Of a stretch of 64,000 nucleotides of DNA, positions 1 to 12,544 are shown one piece after another; positions within the stretch are counted from its first letter, which is position 1, and each line of letters starts with the position of its first letter. The notes beneath the pieces were generated by a model. That model was not told the DNA's origin. It saw only the letters and a list, made by a program, of their open reading frames with translations, and did not search any database. The stretch is from Chiloscyllium plagiosum (taxonomy: Eukaryota). The stretch spans positions 16,812,820 through 16,876,819 of the forward strand of contig NC_057746.1 in assembly GCF_004010195.1 (NCBI RefSeq), written 5' to 3'. Position numbers and translations under genes: made by a program.

Positions 1-670
1 CATTCCATTTGCACCTGAATGTTGTAACTTTCAGAGAGCTCACTGTCAATGATTGACAGGCAGAGTTGTTCTATGAAAAGAGATAAAAAAAAGTTCTATT
101 CCTCATGTAAAACAATGAGAGATAATCACATTGGATGTTATATTTAATTTAAAAGGACTGGCATAGTTGCCTTCTAAAAAATGGTTCCACTGGCTGGCAG
201 AGTATCCGAGAGTTAATATCTGTGAAAATGAAAGGTAGGGGTGTGAGATTGTAACAATAATAGTAATATATATTGCAATTGTAATAGCTGGATGGATACT
301 GATTGGAAAGAAGGATTGTCTCTGGACTTCAAATGAACTGCTCAGATTGATTGTCTAGAGTTAGAAATTATATGTTTCTTGTTAACTTAGCTACGGTTGA
401 CAAGATATCATGATATTTTTAGAAATTGTCACTTTTATTCCCATCGTTGTAAATAATTCTTCTATGTTGCATTATGACTTCATGAGTGAAACCCCAGAGA
501 ATATTAGTACATCTGTGTTCAAATTCTTAAAACAAACAGCCTTAGAGATTGAACATCTTTGTATCACTTAGGAGTTCACTATAAATAAAATCCAAGTTTC
601 TTTTGCTCATCTGAGTACTTTCAGAGATCCATCACCTCGACCACTTTCAAAATTTGAAAACAAACTGAAA

Positions 671-2379
671 ATGGTTTTGAGATCAACTCAGCTTGTGTCC
701 ATATACTACCCGATCCTGGCAGTAGCTGGAGTGCCTGGTGAGTTATATTCCTGTGTGTGAATCACATTTTTAAATTGTGCACATATATCTATGCCTGTTG
801 CCTGCTAATCCCATTGCATTGATGTCTAACTTGCCATGCACTCACTGAGAAATGTCCTCCATTGACGGTGTCTTGTCTCCTCCAAAATGTAACCTTTCTC
901 CTAATATCTTCGCTCCAAGAATTTCATTAGTCTTTCCTTCCATTTCATTCCCACTTAGTCTCAAAGTTGTCTGTCCTTTTGTTCCGAGCACTTCTGACCT
1001 TGGCATTTGCCAACTGTCTTGTGATTGTGCATTGTGTTCTTTTATAAGTTTGCTGACTTTTACTCTTTATGTAGTCTCTCTTCTGATCTTTTTGCTGGGC
1101 ATTGTTATCTCTCTGACTGCCAGTTACATACATAGTTGTTTCCACAAGCACATTTTCTTCTTTCCTGGGCTATTATCTTCTTCTGTAAAAGCTGGCAATT
1201 TTGTATCATTTTCTTCTTTTGTTTGTTGTTTCCTCCTCGATTTCTAAAACTGATAACCTTTTTTGTTATCCAACTTAATCTTTAAATTCAGATGCCTAAA
1301 ACATTCATGCAGAAAAAGAAAATTAGAATGTGAATCAGAAGCTCATCAGCACAAACATCAGAATGAGATAAATTAATACAAGTGGTGAACATTAAATCTA
1401 ACATTAACACAGTTAATGCTTACCGTTGATACAAGTTATTCATTTACTGTTTTCATTTTGCGTGTTTTCCACAGCTAATTTGGTGGCAATCGTGGTTCTG
1501 TCTAAGGGAAAATGTGGCCTATCCAAAAGTGTAACTCAATACCTAGTGGCTATGGCAACAGCAGATCTCATGGTGATCATTTGTAATGTTGTACTACACA
1601 GGATAGTTGCTCTATATCGCTTCAAATTTTTCCTGATTTACACTTCTGTGTGCAGACTCATTCTATTCCTCTCTCCAACTGCTGTGGACATTTCTGTCTG
1701 GCTCACGGTTGCATTTACTTTCGAGCGTTTTGTAGCTATTTGTTGGCCAAAGCTGAAAACAAAATATTGCACTGAGAAAACTGCCACTCGAGTTATCATC
1801 ATATTGAATCTTTTCTTTTGCATAAAAAACATCCCATGGTCTATCTTTCATGTTTCACATTTCATAGTTGACAATATACCACGGGGTTGTATAGAATCAT
1901 CAGCAATTTACCTACAGTTTGCAGGGATAGCATTTTCTTATTTAGAACAGCTTTTAACACCAATTCTTCCGTTCCTTTTGATTTTAAGCTTTAACATTCT
2001 CACAGTCAGGTGCATTTTAGTGGCCAGTCATGCCCGCAGGAATCTTCGGATCCACAAGAACAATGAGGAAAAAGGCGAGGACCTCGAAATGAACAATCGG
2101 AGAAGGTCCATTGTTTTACTTTTTGCAATATCTGCCAATTTTCTCCTGCTGTGGATAACAACAGTGTCATGTTTCATTCTTTTTCGAATTAAAAGCTATT
2201 TTAATTACAGATCGATCTTCAGCCCCTTGGAAATTTTCAAAACGGTAGGCATCATGCTGCAGCTTCTGAGCTCCTGCACAAACACTATCATTTATGCAGT
2301 GACCCAGAATAGGTTTAGACAGGAGCTGTTCAATATACTGAAACGTCATTTTACTCTTATTGGAAAACGGAGTGACTAA
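671..2379 (+). CDS. Class A (rhodopsin-like) orphan 7TM GPCR, GPR139/GPR142-like family; 2 exons (671-737, 1475-2379), 323 aa
   Basis: Exon 1 encodes MVLRSTQLVSIYYPILAVAGVP, then G|gtgagt (phase-1 donor at 738). Acceptor ttccacag|CT at 1475 joins in frame to ANLVAIVVLSKGKCGLSK. Seven hydrophobic segments; TM2 LVAMATADL, TM3 VAFTFERFVAIC, TM5 PILPF, TM7 SSCTNTIIYA; stop TAA 2377-2379; AATAAA at 2517-2522. The ORF-track start at 1426 is intronic read-through. Confidence 0.88.
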
Positions 2380-2904
2380 GAAAATATTCTGCAGCAAAAA
2401 CTGAACTGTCTCCCTCAGTAGTTCAACAAAATTCCATTTAACAATTATTACATACTTTCACGAAAATGTCTCAGCTGTGAGATTAATAATGTTTAACTTA
2501 AATTTAATTGTTGCTGAATAAACATATCAACTTAGTGTCACCCACTGAAAGAAAATAGCTGTGCTAAACACAATAATATTCTCAAAACATGTTCTTTAAC
2601 ACCGATACTTTTGCCATCATGTTCTCAGAGAAAGTACGCTGATTCAAGCATGTGAAATAGAATCTGGATTTCCTTCACTACGGACTGGTGAAAAATTGAG
2701 TTCCGCTCCAGCATCTGTGGAGCTAATTCTCATTTGAAAATATTTCTGAGTCCACTAAAAATAATATTTTTCTTACCTGTTGATATTCTTTCATGAGCTC
2801 TCTTCTCTATTATATCTTATAATTTTTATTTTAAAATGTTCAAATGATTGCTGAAACAGTGAAATCTCACACTTCTTTAAATGCACCTGTCATGCTAAAC
2901 CTCT

Positions 2905-4459
2905 AAAATTTTGAAGTAAGGAAGGGAAACTGCCCAGTAGGAGGATGAAAGAGAAGCTAAATTCAGGGAGTAAAGTTGGTTTGGTTGAGCATATAATAGC
3001 AGAAGAGGGAATATCGGAGCAGCAGCAGAAGGTTGACCAATCTTTGCAGCATACTTGAATCTGGGTGAAGTCCTGGAGGACTAGAGATTTGTTCATGTTG
3101 TCTCCTTGTTTAAGAAGGGTAACAGGGATAATCCAGGTAATTACAGACCTGTAAGCCTGACATCAATGATAGGGAAACTGTCGGAGAAGAAATTGAGGGA
3201 GAAGATATATTCCCATTTGGAAGAAAATGAACTTATCAGTGATCAGTTACGTGGTTTTGTGCAGGGAACTCATGTCTGACAAACCTAATAGAATTCTTTG
3301 AGGAGGTAACAGAGTGGATTGATGAGGGGAGGGATATAAATGTAATATACATGGACTTTGGTAAGGTGTTTGGTAAGGTTCCCCATAGTAGGTTGATGGA
3401 GAAGGTGAAGTCAGACGGGATCCAGGGTGTTCTAGCTAGATGGGTAGACAGGATGGGCAACAGGAGACAGAGAGCAGTAGTGGAAGGGAGTTTTCCATAA
3501 TGGAGACCTGTGACCAGTGGTGTTTCAGAGGGATCCATGATGGGACCACTGTTGTTTGTGATATACAGATATGATCTGGAGAAAGGTGTAGGTTGCCTGA
3601 TTAGCAAGTTTGCAGATGACACTAAGATCGGTGGAGTAGCAGACAGTGAAGGGGACCGTCAGAGAATACAGCAGAGTACATATAGATTGGAGAGTTTGGC
3701 AGAAAAATGGTAGATGGAGTTCAATCTGGGCAAACGTGAGGTGATGCATTTTAGAAGATCCAATTCAGGTCCATTGCTCCCTGATGGTGGTAACGCAGGT
3801 CAGCAGTGTGGTCAAGAAGGCATACAGCATGCTTTCCTTCATCAGACGGGGTATTGAGTACAAGGGTTGGCAGGTCATGTTACAGTTATATAAGACTTTG
3901 ATTCAGCCCCAGTTGGAATACTGCATGCAGTACTGGTCGCCACATTACCAAAATAATGTGGATGCTTTGGAGAAGGTGCAGAGGAAGTTCACTAGGGTGT
4001 TGCCCAATATGGAAGACACTAGCTATGATGAGAGGTTGAGTAGATTAGAATTCTTTTTATTAGAAAGACAGAGGTTGAGCGGGGACATCACTGAGGTCTA
4101 CAAAATCATGAGAGGTATAGATAGCGTGGATAGCAAGAAGTTTTTTCCCAGAGTGGAGGATTCAATTACTAGGGGTCATGGGTTCAAAATGAGAGAGCAA
4201 AGGTTTAGTGGAGATATCTGTTGAAAGTTCTTCATGCTGAGGGTGGTGGGTGCCTGGAATGCATTGCCAGTGGAGGTGATGGAGTGGGAATGATAGCATC
4301 ATTTAAGATGTGTCTAGATAGATACATGAATGGGCAGAGAGCAAAGGGATACAGACCCTTAGAAAGTAGGTGGCAGATTTAGTTAGAAAACCTGGATCAG
4401 TACAGGCTTGGAGGGCCGAAGAGCCTGTTCCTATGTTGTAATGTTCTTTGTTCTTTGTT
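2905..4459 (+). mobile_element. 5'-truncated, internally deleted CR1-type LINE (RT region to 3' tail)
   Basis: RT motifs SGVSEGSMMGPLLF, ISKFADDTK, LYKTLIQPQLEYC, with stops and frameshifts; ends in a (tgttctt)n tail at about 4442-4459. Confidence 0.88.
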
Positions 4460-5039
4460 GTAATCCCTCACACCTAGTTGATTAAGGCTGGTCAGTTGCT
4501 CAATTTTACTACAGCCAATTTAGCAAACTTTCTCTGTTATTTGTAGGTGGCTGAAATTTAGCAAATTTGTAGGTGGTTGAAATGATCAATTGATTACCAT
4601 TATTTGTCACATCGAAACCTTTGTCATATTTTAGTGAGGAACCCTTTCACAGTTTCATCTCTGAAAGTTCTGACTGCAATTTATAGTTATAGAATCGCCA
4701 GCAAAAGGAACAGTTTTGCTCTCTCATTCTTCTCCATCTCACGAACACTTGGAGAAAGAAAAATCCAAAAGGACATCTGATGTAAGTTTCAAAATAATCA
4801 AGTGGCTGGAAAAAGGAGCTAGGTACCAACTATTCCCGCTTGTTAATGGGTCAAGGACAGGATGTTATTGGTTTCAAATGGTTTGCAAATGATGCATGTG
4901 GGATGTTAGAAAATACTTTTTAACAGTAGTCGTTCGGAACAGGAACATAATACCTGGAATTGTCGTAGAGGTACGTTCAACAGAGTCAGTAAAGAGGACG
5001 TTGGCTGGTTACCCAAACAATAACAATTTTGAGAGGCAA

Positions 5040-5900
5040 GAAGGAAGACACAAAAATGATGCCAGGTCATGATGCTCATTTGAGCCATGATGCTGCACAA
5101 TAGAATGGACTCCAGGAATTTTGTAGCCACATCCATGGCAGCCAACCAGTCCTTTTTTTTTGTTTGGTTTTAAGTAAGGCTCCTATGCTCTCAATTAAAA
5201 CTCTTGTAAAAGTTCCTCAATGGGTATTAAGGGTGCTGGGTTTATCATTGTTCTAAGGTTTTCCAATTACTGGACACATTTGACATGTCCAGCAAATTTC
5301 AACCACATCCTTATGCAGTCCTGGCCAACAAATTTTTTTTTTTGTATTTTGGCTTGAATGTTCCTTACTCCCAGACAAATGTATACTGTTAATTCATGAG
5401 CTAACTGCAATACCTATTTTCTATAACCCACCAGCAATAAAACTTCGTGGAATTCTGCCCATTTCTCATCCACCTGAATATGTGATCATTTCCATTTCCT
5501 TGTCGACATGTCATTTTTAAGATAGTAACATTTTGGGATATACTCAGATTATTCTTCTATGTATGCTTTTTGATACAACTACTTTAGTTTCTCATATTTC
5601 TGTTGTAAATCAGTTTATTTATCTGAACAAAAATATTAAATTTGTCCTGTACATTCTTGATTAATTCAAACCATTGTATCTAAACATGATCTCTAATAAA
5701 TTGAACATCAACTTTCTGATCTTTATTCTTTGACTTCTTCTCTTGCTTCAACCTGTGGCTTTGTGACCTGGTTCCCACACAGTCAGGAAAAATCCCAAGA
5801 TATACCTTCTGTAATATCTCAGTCATCTGAATTTTCATTGGCTTCTCAACCACAGTAGGTATCACTCCAAAAATGGAAGAGATCATGAAATGAGAGCCAT
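5040..5900 (-). mobile_element. Degenerate Gypsy/Ty3 LTR-retrotransposon pol relic (post-protease linker plus integrase), Gmr1-like order
   Basis: Minus-strand translations give FPDCVGTRSQS, CYYLKNDM..RKW, VLQLAHE, WPGLHKDVVEICWTCQMCPVIGKP (HHCC zinc finger), APLIPI and MDVATKFLESILL. These are typical Gypsy integrase motifs, broken by stops. Confidence 0.7.
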
Positions 5901-6744
5901 GTTCTTGTCAAAGATTGATGTGCAAAGCCAAGATTGTTTTACACTGAAATGTCCACACTTGCAGCCATTATCATGAATTCATGGACACATTCATTTCTCA
6001 CACATGACAAATCTTTGAGAACATCCACCAAATCGGGATTGATCTTTTTTCTGTTATGTACACTCCACCCTCATTTCATAATCTCTTGAATTTTTGGAGC
6101 TTGAAAACCCATTTGCTTTTCTTGTAGACATTTTGCAAAATTATCAAGAAAACAAAAGCTCTAAAATATGAATGAGCAATGTAACTTGCTATTTGTCACA
6201 TCTTAATTGCTTCTGGAATGGCCTTCTGCTTCCCGGGCATCATATCTTATCCTCCTGGGTACTGCTGAGAACATTGTAAACTCTGCTGGGCACCACCCCC
6301 CAACTCATTCTCCAACCCCCCCCCCCCCCCCCCCAACCTCCACCCCGCCCTGACCCCGACCCGAATATGTTCCTACAACTTTCACTTCAGGCCCTGTCCT
6401 GTGGAGCTGATGTGACCTGGCTTCATGGCCTATCTAAAGTCTGCTTTGATAATCCAAAGTTCTTAGAATTTATCTGGAGCTAGAAGCCATTGCATGGCCA
6501 TGCAGTGTGTTCAGCAAGTTACAGGGAAAATTTCTGGTGAGCTCTTCCTCCCCACCCCACCCCCCACCACCCATCCTCCTGCTTTAATTTTCCTAAGGCA
6601 TCTGCTTAAAACCAGGAGTGGATCCGGAAGCCAGGTGATGATTAGATGTGGTTTTGAGAGTGGTGGGCAAGTATCCCAGTCATTGGAAGCTTATGTTTCA
6701 ATTGAGAGGGATGACTGTCTTTGATGGGCAGTTTATAATATAAT

Positions 6745-6900
6745 CCCTGCAGTGTGGAAACTGGTCATTTGCCTGGAAGAAAGCCAAGCAGAAATGGGGT
6801 GAATGTGCAAAGATCACACAGACAGTTGCCCAAGGCTGGGATTGAACCCAGGTCCTAGCGCTGTGACGCAGCAGGGCTAACCACTAAGCCACCATTCTGC
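6745..6900 (-). mobile_element. Partial tRNA-derived SINE (HE1-like)
   Basis: Reverse complement of the SINE head (gtggcttagtggttagc...ctgggttcaatccc) shared with the other SINE copies in the window. Confidence 0.65.
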
Positions 6901-6904
6901 TCTT

Positions 6905-7855
6905 CATGTTTCTGATTGACAGGAATTACTGCTTCTGGTGGGTATTTTATGTTTCTGATTGACAGGGATCACTGCCTGTGATTGGCAGCTTGTGTTTCTC
7001 ATTATAAGAACATTCGGCCCATCGAACCCACTCCACCATTCAATCATGGCTGATGTGTATGTCAACGCCACTTACCCGCACTCTCCTCGTATCCCTTAAT
7101 TCCTTGTGAGATTAAGAATTTATCAATATCTGCCTTGAAGACATTTAATGTCCCACCTGCACTGCACTCCATGGCAATGAATTCCACCACTCTTTGGTTG
7201 AAGAAATGTCTCCTCACTTCCATTCTAAATTGACCCCCTCTAATTCTAAGGCTATGCCCACGAGTCTTAGTATTCTTGCCTGACGGAAACAATTTCCCAG
7301 AGCCCACCCTTTCTAAGCCATGCATTATCTTGTAAGTTTCTATTAGATCTCCCCTCAACCTTCTAAACTCTAATGAATACAATCCCAGGATCCTCAGCTG
7401 TTCATCGTATATTAGATCTACCATTTCAGGGATCATACATGTGAATCTCCACTGGACACACTCCAGTGCCAGTTTGTCCTTCCTGAGGTTATGGGGCCCA
7501 AACCTGGACACAGCATTCTAAATAGGGCCTAACCAAAGCTTTATAAAGTCTCAGTAGCACACCACTGTTTTTACATTCCAACCCTCTTGAGATAAATGAC
7601 AACATCACATTTGCTTTCCTAACCACGGACTCAATCTTCAAGTCAACCTTTAGAGAATCCTGTACTAGCACTCCCACACCCCTTTGTACTTTGACTTTAT
7701 GAGTTTTCTCACCGTTTATAAAATAGTCCCTGCCTGTGTTCTTTTTTCCAAAGTGCAAGACATTGACACAGATCATTGACTCTGGTTGGCAGCTTGTGCT
7801 TCTCATTGACAGGGCTGACTATCTCTGATTGGCAGCTTGTGTCTCTGATTGACAG
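6905..7855 (+). repeat. Degenerate ~40-bp tandem repeat of the MHC-I intron-2 3' splice region (tgtttctgattgacagg...tgattggcagcttg), split by a CR1 insertion
   Basis: The motif recurs at about 6907, 6950, 6993 (interrupted), 7797 and 7839. Two units are present in intron 2 of copies B and D. Confidence 0.7.
7004..7760 (-). mobile_element. 5'-truncated CR1 LINE 3' end
   Basis: Minus-strand ORFs LYKALVRPYLECCVQVW and LGLYSLEFRRLRGDLIETYKIM; possible short TSD catt. Confidence 0.88.
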
Positions 7856-9000
7856 GTATCATCACATACCAGATGGTCATTGGCTGTGACATGAGGGATG
7901 ATGGTTCTGAGAATGAGTTCACACAATATGAGTAGGACAGAAGGGATTTGATCAGCTTCGACAAGGCATGGCATGGCTGACTCCAGTCCCCTGGACAGAA
8001 ATCATCAAAAAGAGGTAGAACCAGTATGTGGTGGATAATCAACAATGGAAACATCTCCTGGAGTTGGGATATGTCAAATGTCTGAGGAAATACCTGGAGT
8101 ACAGACAGAGGGTGCTAGAGTCAGTGAGTGAGGTCCCTGACTCTCCATTTCGACATCCCTGAGCTGACTCCTCTTTCTTTCTCCCATCATGTGTTTTGTC
8201 CATTTGGCTAATCCTAACTAGCTGCCCTGCCTTGTCAACACAAGTAAGTCAACAAAAAAAAAAACACCAGGAATACTTTCTCTCTCTCTCTCTCTCTCTA
8301 ACAGTCCCATAGTCTCATTCCCAGATTCTTGTTACTGATGGAATTGTACTTGGAGCCCTTGGGATCTCACTATTGTGGCTGTCATCATTTACAAAAAGAC
8401 AGGCAGGAATATGTGAGGAAATGGCAGCTCCTCACAGGGAGTTCAGGAGTTAGAGAGCCTGAGGAGCGATTTCCCACTGTGAGGTTAAGAGCCCATGATA
8501 TGTGTTGCTGCAATGGGTGGGGGAGGAATCTCTATAGTTGTGTTCCATCTCAGAGTTAGAGGTGGCTCAGGCTATGGAGAGAGGGCCTCAGTTTGAGATG
8601 GAGGGTCTGAGATTGTGCCCTGGTCCTCAGGGTAAAGTGGAGGGTATCAGGGTTTGAGTCCCACATCGTGAGGCTAAAGTCAGATATTTCAGATTGTGGA
8701 CAGCTCTCAGTTCACTAAAGAACAACAGGCTGAGTCTCTTTGGGAGTGAGGGTCTCAGGTCGCAATGAGGGTGATGGTCTTGGGTGACTTTCAGGAGTGA
8801 GGGTATTAGTTGGGAGACCCAGTGGGAGTGAGGACCTCAAGGGATTAACATCCATCTCTCCATTTCTCTTGGAGTTCCCACCTCTCTGATGTGTGATTTT
8901 TTTTTGTCAGTTTCTTATCACTCATTGAATATTCCTGACAAATGGTAGCTCATAATTCAGATATCTCTGGCTCTCTGTGTTATCGTGAGGCTCACTGTTC
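7856..9000 (+). pseudogene. MHC class I pseudogene, copy A (alpha2 exon 7856-8123, alpha3 stub ~8181-8240, TM exon ~8305-8402)
   Basis: The alpha2 exon is homologous to copies B and D (ITYQMVIGCDMRDDG...KYLEY) and has an in-frame TAG at 7933-7935 plus indels. Only about 60 bp of alpha3 remain. The TM exon has a GC donor and a deletion, and the cytoplasmic exon is mostly deleted near 8935. No leader or alpha1 exon was found. Confidence 0.85.
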
Positions 9001-10469
9001 CCTCTGTACTGGGTACATGCAATGGCTTGTTTTTATCTTCCTCTGCATTTCTCTGTCTCTCTGTTTGCGTATCGGTGTGACACTCTCCATCACTCTGTTA
9101 ATTTCTCTTTCTCTTCTGTTTATGTTTTCTTCTCTGTCTGTGTATTTTCATGTCTTTGATTGTTTATCACATGGCTTTTTTCCATGTACATCTGTATCTT
9201 TCCTCTTCAATTTCGCCTCTCCTTCCTTTTCTCTTTCTCTCATTTTCTCTTTCTCTCATTCTCTTTCCCTAGCTTTGTATCTTGCTCTGGCTCAGGCTCT
9301 ATGATAATGAACAGTTTATCAGGTCAACACTGAGCTTTCAGACTGACCTCTGGAGGTGGCTGCTGCTGTGCAGGCCTGAGCTTTGAGATAATTTTGAGTC
9401 ATTTGGGCTTTAGAAGTAGCTGGAAACATCTTATCCTGGGATTATAGCCTCCTGTCAGCTGCTGAATTTCCAATATTCCAAGAATTTCCACTTCAGTTGG
9501 GTCCTAGAGATTAGCCTTGCTGTCCCAGGATTCGGAATTACTGGGTGTTTATGGAATGCTGTGTGGTGGATGGGGTTTGGATCTGATGAAGGACTCAGAG
9601 CATGAGGAGATTTATCATCTTGGGGCAGTGCAATGTAGATGGACCAGAATGAAATCCCGACTTCAAGGGTCAAATTACGTGGAGATATTAAACAAACTAG
9701 AGTTGTGTTCCCTGAAGTGCAGAAGGTTAAGGGCTGGTTTGATGGAGGTTTTCAATTTATTAAGAGATGTGGATATAATAGATAGGAACTATTTCTACTG
9801 GTTTGGCTAGCCTTGGACCAGGGAGGGTCAGTATAATTAAAGCCTAAACCCATTGATAGTGAAACTAGAAAACACTTCCTCATTCACATGACAGGAAATG
9901 GTTGGAACTCTCTTTCTCAAATAGCAGTTTGCAAAATCAACTGTTAAGAATTTTGGTGAACGGAAAACTATAAATTTCCAAATTAAGGAGCAGGTAGAAG
10001 ATGGATAAATGGAATGAGATGACAGACCGTGATGTCATTGAATAGGATTGAAGGGTTAACTGGTCTCATTATGTTTCTGTGTCACTGTGGGTTTTGCTGA
10101 TCTTCTGGCAGTTTGTCTGAGGGGTTTTACTGATGTTTGGGAAATGGGTTTTTTGTGTTTTGCTGCTGTTGCTTAGGTGAATTCTCCAGGATCTGCTGGG
10201 GTTTTCTGTGCTCTGGAACCATTTGTTTCTTTCCCTTCCCCAGTGGCCTCTTATATCCTCGCTGGAAATCCAGATTCCCATTACTCCGATTGACTGTTTA
10301 ATTCATTCTACCACAAGTTTGAAGCCATTCAAATCGATGATCCGGATTAGTGAACTGCTTACATTTCTTTCAGTTTTGGTTCTTGAAACCTTATCTGGCA
10401 CATTAACAATCAAGTCATATTAAAGAGAAGGTGGGTTTTTATTGGCAATGTCATTTCACCAATAATTGA

Positions 10470-10660
10470 AGACCTCAGGTTAATGTTCCAGGTCCATGGG
10501 TTCAAATCACACTGGGGCAGATAGTGAAATATAACCATTGTTAATTGTTATAAAATACACCCATTTGATTCACTAATGTTCTTTGGTGGAGGAAATCTGT
10601 CATCCTTACCTGGTCTGGTCTATGTTTAACTGTAGTTGTGGGTAACTCCTAACTGCTCTC
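10470..10660 (+). mobile_element. Old SINE-like interspersed repeat (second family)
   Basis: B-box-like tgggttcaaatc followed by a body (ttcactaatg...ggaaatctg..atccttacctggtctgg) that resembles reverse-strand copies at about 47330-47585 and 51860-52650. Confidence 0.5.
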
Positions 10661-10774
10661 TGGGGTGGCCACGTCCTGTAATTTATATATATATATAAGT
10701 GTCACAATAACATTATTATTCCTGGGTAGAAACTCCTCTCTCACCTGGTAACACCCAATGCCCTTGCCACACTG

Positions 10775-11545
10775 TTGTCGAGAGTGTGATGCTGGAAAAG
10801 CACAGCCAGTCAGACAGCATCCGAGGAGCAGGAGGATCGAAGTTTCGGGCAAAAGCCCTCGATGAGGAATGAGACTATTGTGTCTGTTAATTAGGCATGT
10901 GATCCATTTGCCAGACATTTATCAGTGTGGCCCAAGACCTCAGTTCGAATATCCCGAGCCCTAATTACTGAGTGAAGCCTTTTTTACTGCCCTAGTTACA
11001 CAGCAGTTTCCCTGGAGACTGATTGAAGCTAATCATTGCCTTACTGTGGTATAAACGGTCTAACTGTAATATACATCATGAATCCATCTCCCATCCATGT
11101 CATGCCACAGTCTCAGACTCTCTGACTTCAAAAATGTTTCCCATGTTAAGGCTGCTATCAATTTATAAACTTCTTTGGGCAAACCTTCATTAAAGCAGGT
11201 AAACCACAGTCTGCAGCTCTCCTGTCTAACCTCCATCCCCACCCCATTCAACTACTGTACTCCTTGCTACCTTCCCCCACCCTCCTCTCTTACCTATCAC
11301 CTCCATCCCCAACCCTATTCACCTATTGTACTCTTTGCTACCTTCTCCCCAGCCCCACCGCCCCCACCCCCATTTATCTCTCCATCCCCAGAGACTTCCT
11401 GCCTCTATTCCTGATGAAGAGTTTTTTTCCCGAAAAGTTGAGTTTCCTGCTCCTCGGAATCTGCCTGACCTGCTGTGCTTTTCCAGCACCCACTCTGATC
11501 TAAACTCTGGTTTCCAGCATCTGCAGTCCTCACTTTTGCCTGTCT
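10775..11545. mobile_element. Penelope-like element relic: inverted terminal copy (10775-10870) and forward 3' end/pseudo-LTR (11200-11545)
   Basis: Contains the family consensus gctggaaaagcacagc..gtcaggcagcatcc..gagcaggag and its reverse complement, plus CTGATGA...CGAAA at 11411-11435. Confidence 0.7.
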
Positions 11546-12544
11546 AAGTCCAACACTCCACTCTTTTCTGCCCCCCCCTCACCGGGCTTTCATAGTCAGC
11601 CCCAAATCCTGCTAAAGTTTGCACTTTATGACCATTTAGTACCTTTCAAAATTCCTGGGTCAAAAAGACCTTTGGTCAATGGAGACCCAAACCCCAGATT
11701 CCCTTCATCCTACCTCTCTGTTGCTTCCACACAGGGCTGATCACAAGGTTGAATAAAACGTAGAATTCAGAAGAAGATTCACATGAGCTTTTTTCATTTG
11801 GCAATCAGATAAAAATCTGATTCTAAAGTCCTTCAAGTCATTTCAAAAGTTCAAAGAAGGTGTGGTCAGATGCAATAAAATAAGAAAGGTTTACAGTCAC
11901 TCACAGTATTTGATTTAGTTCTTTCAAATTAGCAAGAAATTCCAACATAGGATTTTCCCAGGATTCTAACTGGTGAAGACTGTGCAACAATATGTCATTG
12001 CTGGAGATTGATATTAGTTTGTCTTTTTCAATGTGGAATGTGTTACAGCAATTTGACTTCCCTGAAACATCAGCAATAAAATAATTTATTTCACGATTTC
12101 ATTGTCTCTGTCCTTTGTTCAAGACACATCCTCTTGCTATAGAGAATATTTTGAGACTCTTACAGAGAGCTCAGATTTCAAAAGGGTAGAGATAGCTTTT
12201 CAAAACTGCTAGCATTCTTTGAGCAGGTGACTGGGAAATATAGTGAATGTAGAGCACATGGTCTTCAAAAAAACCTTGAACAAGTTACCACATAGATAAT
12301 TATCAGAGAAGTTAATATAAGAAATTTGCATTTGCTTTCAAACAAGAGAAACTTAACTGGAACATGATGTCCTTGGACATTCCAGCCCCTCATCATGAAT
12401 TCAGAACAAGAATGTAGATAGCTAATGGCAAGCAACCTTCAAGACTCTGTCCAGCTCTGCACCCCCCACACCACAAACCAGTGGCTGCCATCTTTGACAT
12501 TTCCAATACGTTCATGGAGAAGCAGGTCTCTCTGGTTACTTGGA

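Noticed and set aside
852-1247. 131-aa hydrophobic ORF
   Set aside because: Lies inside the T-rich GPCR intron; hydrophobicity follows from base composition and no family motifs are present.
1426-1474. ORF-track N-terminus of the GPCR
   Set aside because: This is the intron polypyrimidine tract; the real N-terminus is exon 671-737.
4600-4760. Minus-strand EMEK...LLLAI resembling a GPCR TM6 relic
   Set aside because: Similarity is too short and weak to support by eye.
5680-5886. Possible second GPCR first exon (ILQKVYLGIF)
   Set aside because: Better explained as the Gypsy linker (PDCVGTRSQS) collinear with the integrase remnants.
6316-6335. Poly-C tract; also (TC)n at about 8279 and (CA)n at about 56993
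   Set aside because: Ordinary simple repeats.
8942-9304. Multi-TM-looking ORF (also 31739-31927 and 62669-62938)
   Set aside because: CT-rich last intron of the MHC-I copies; a compositional artefact.
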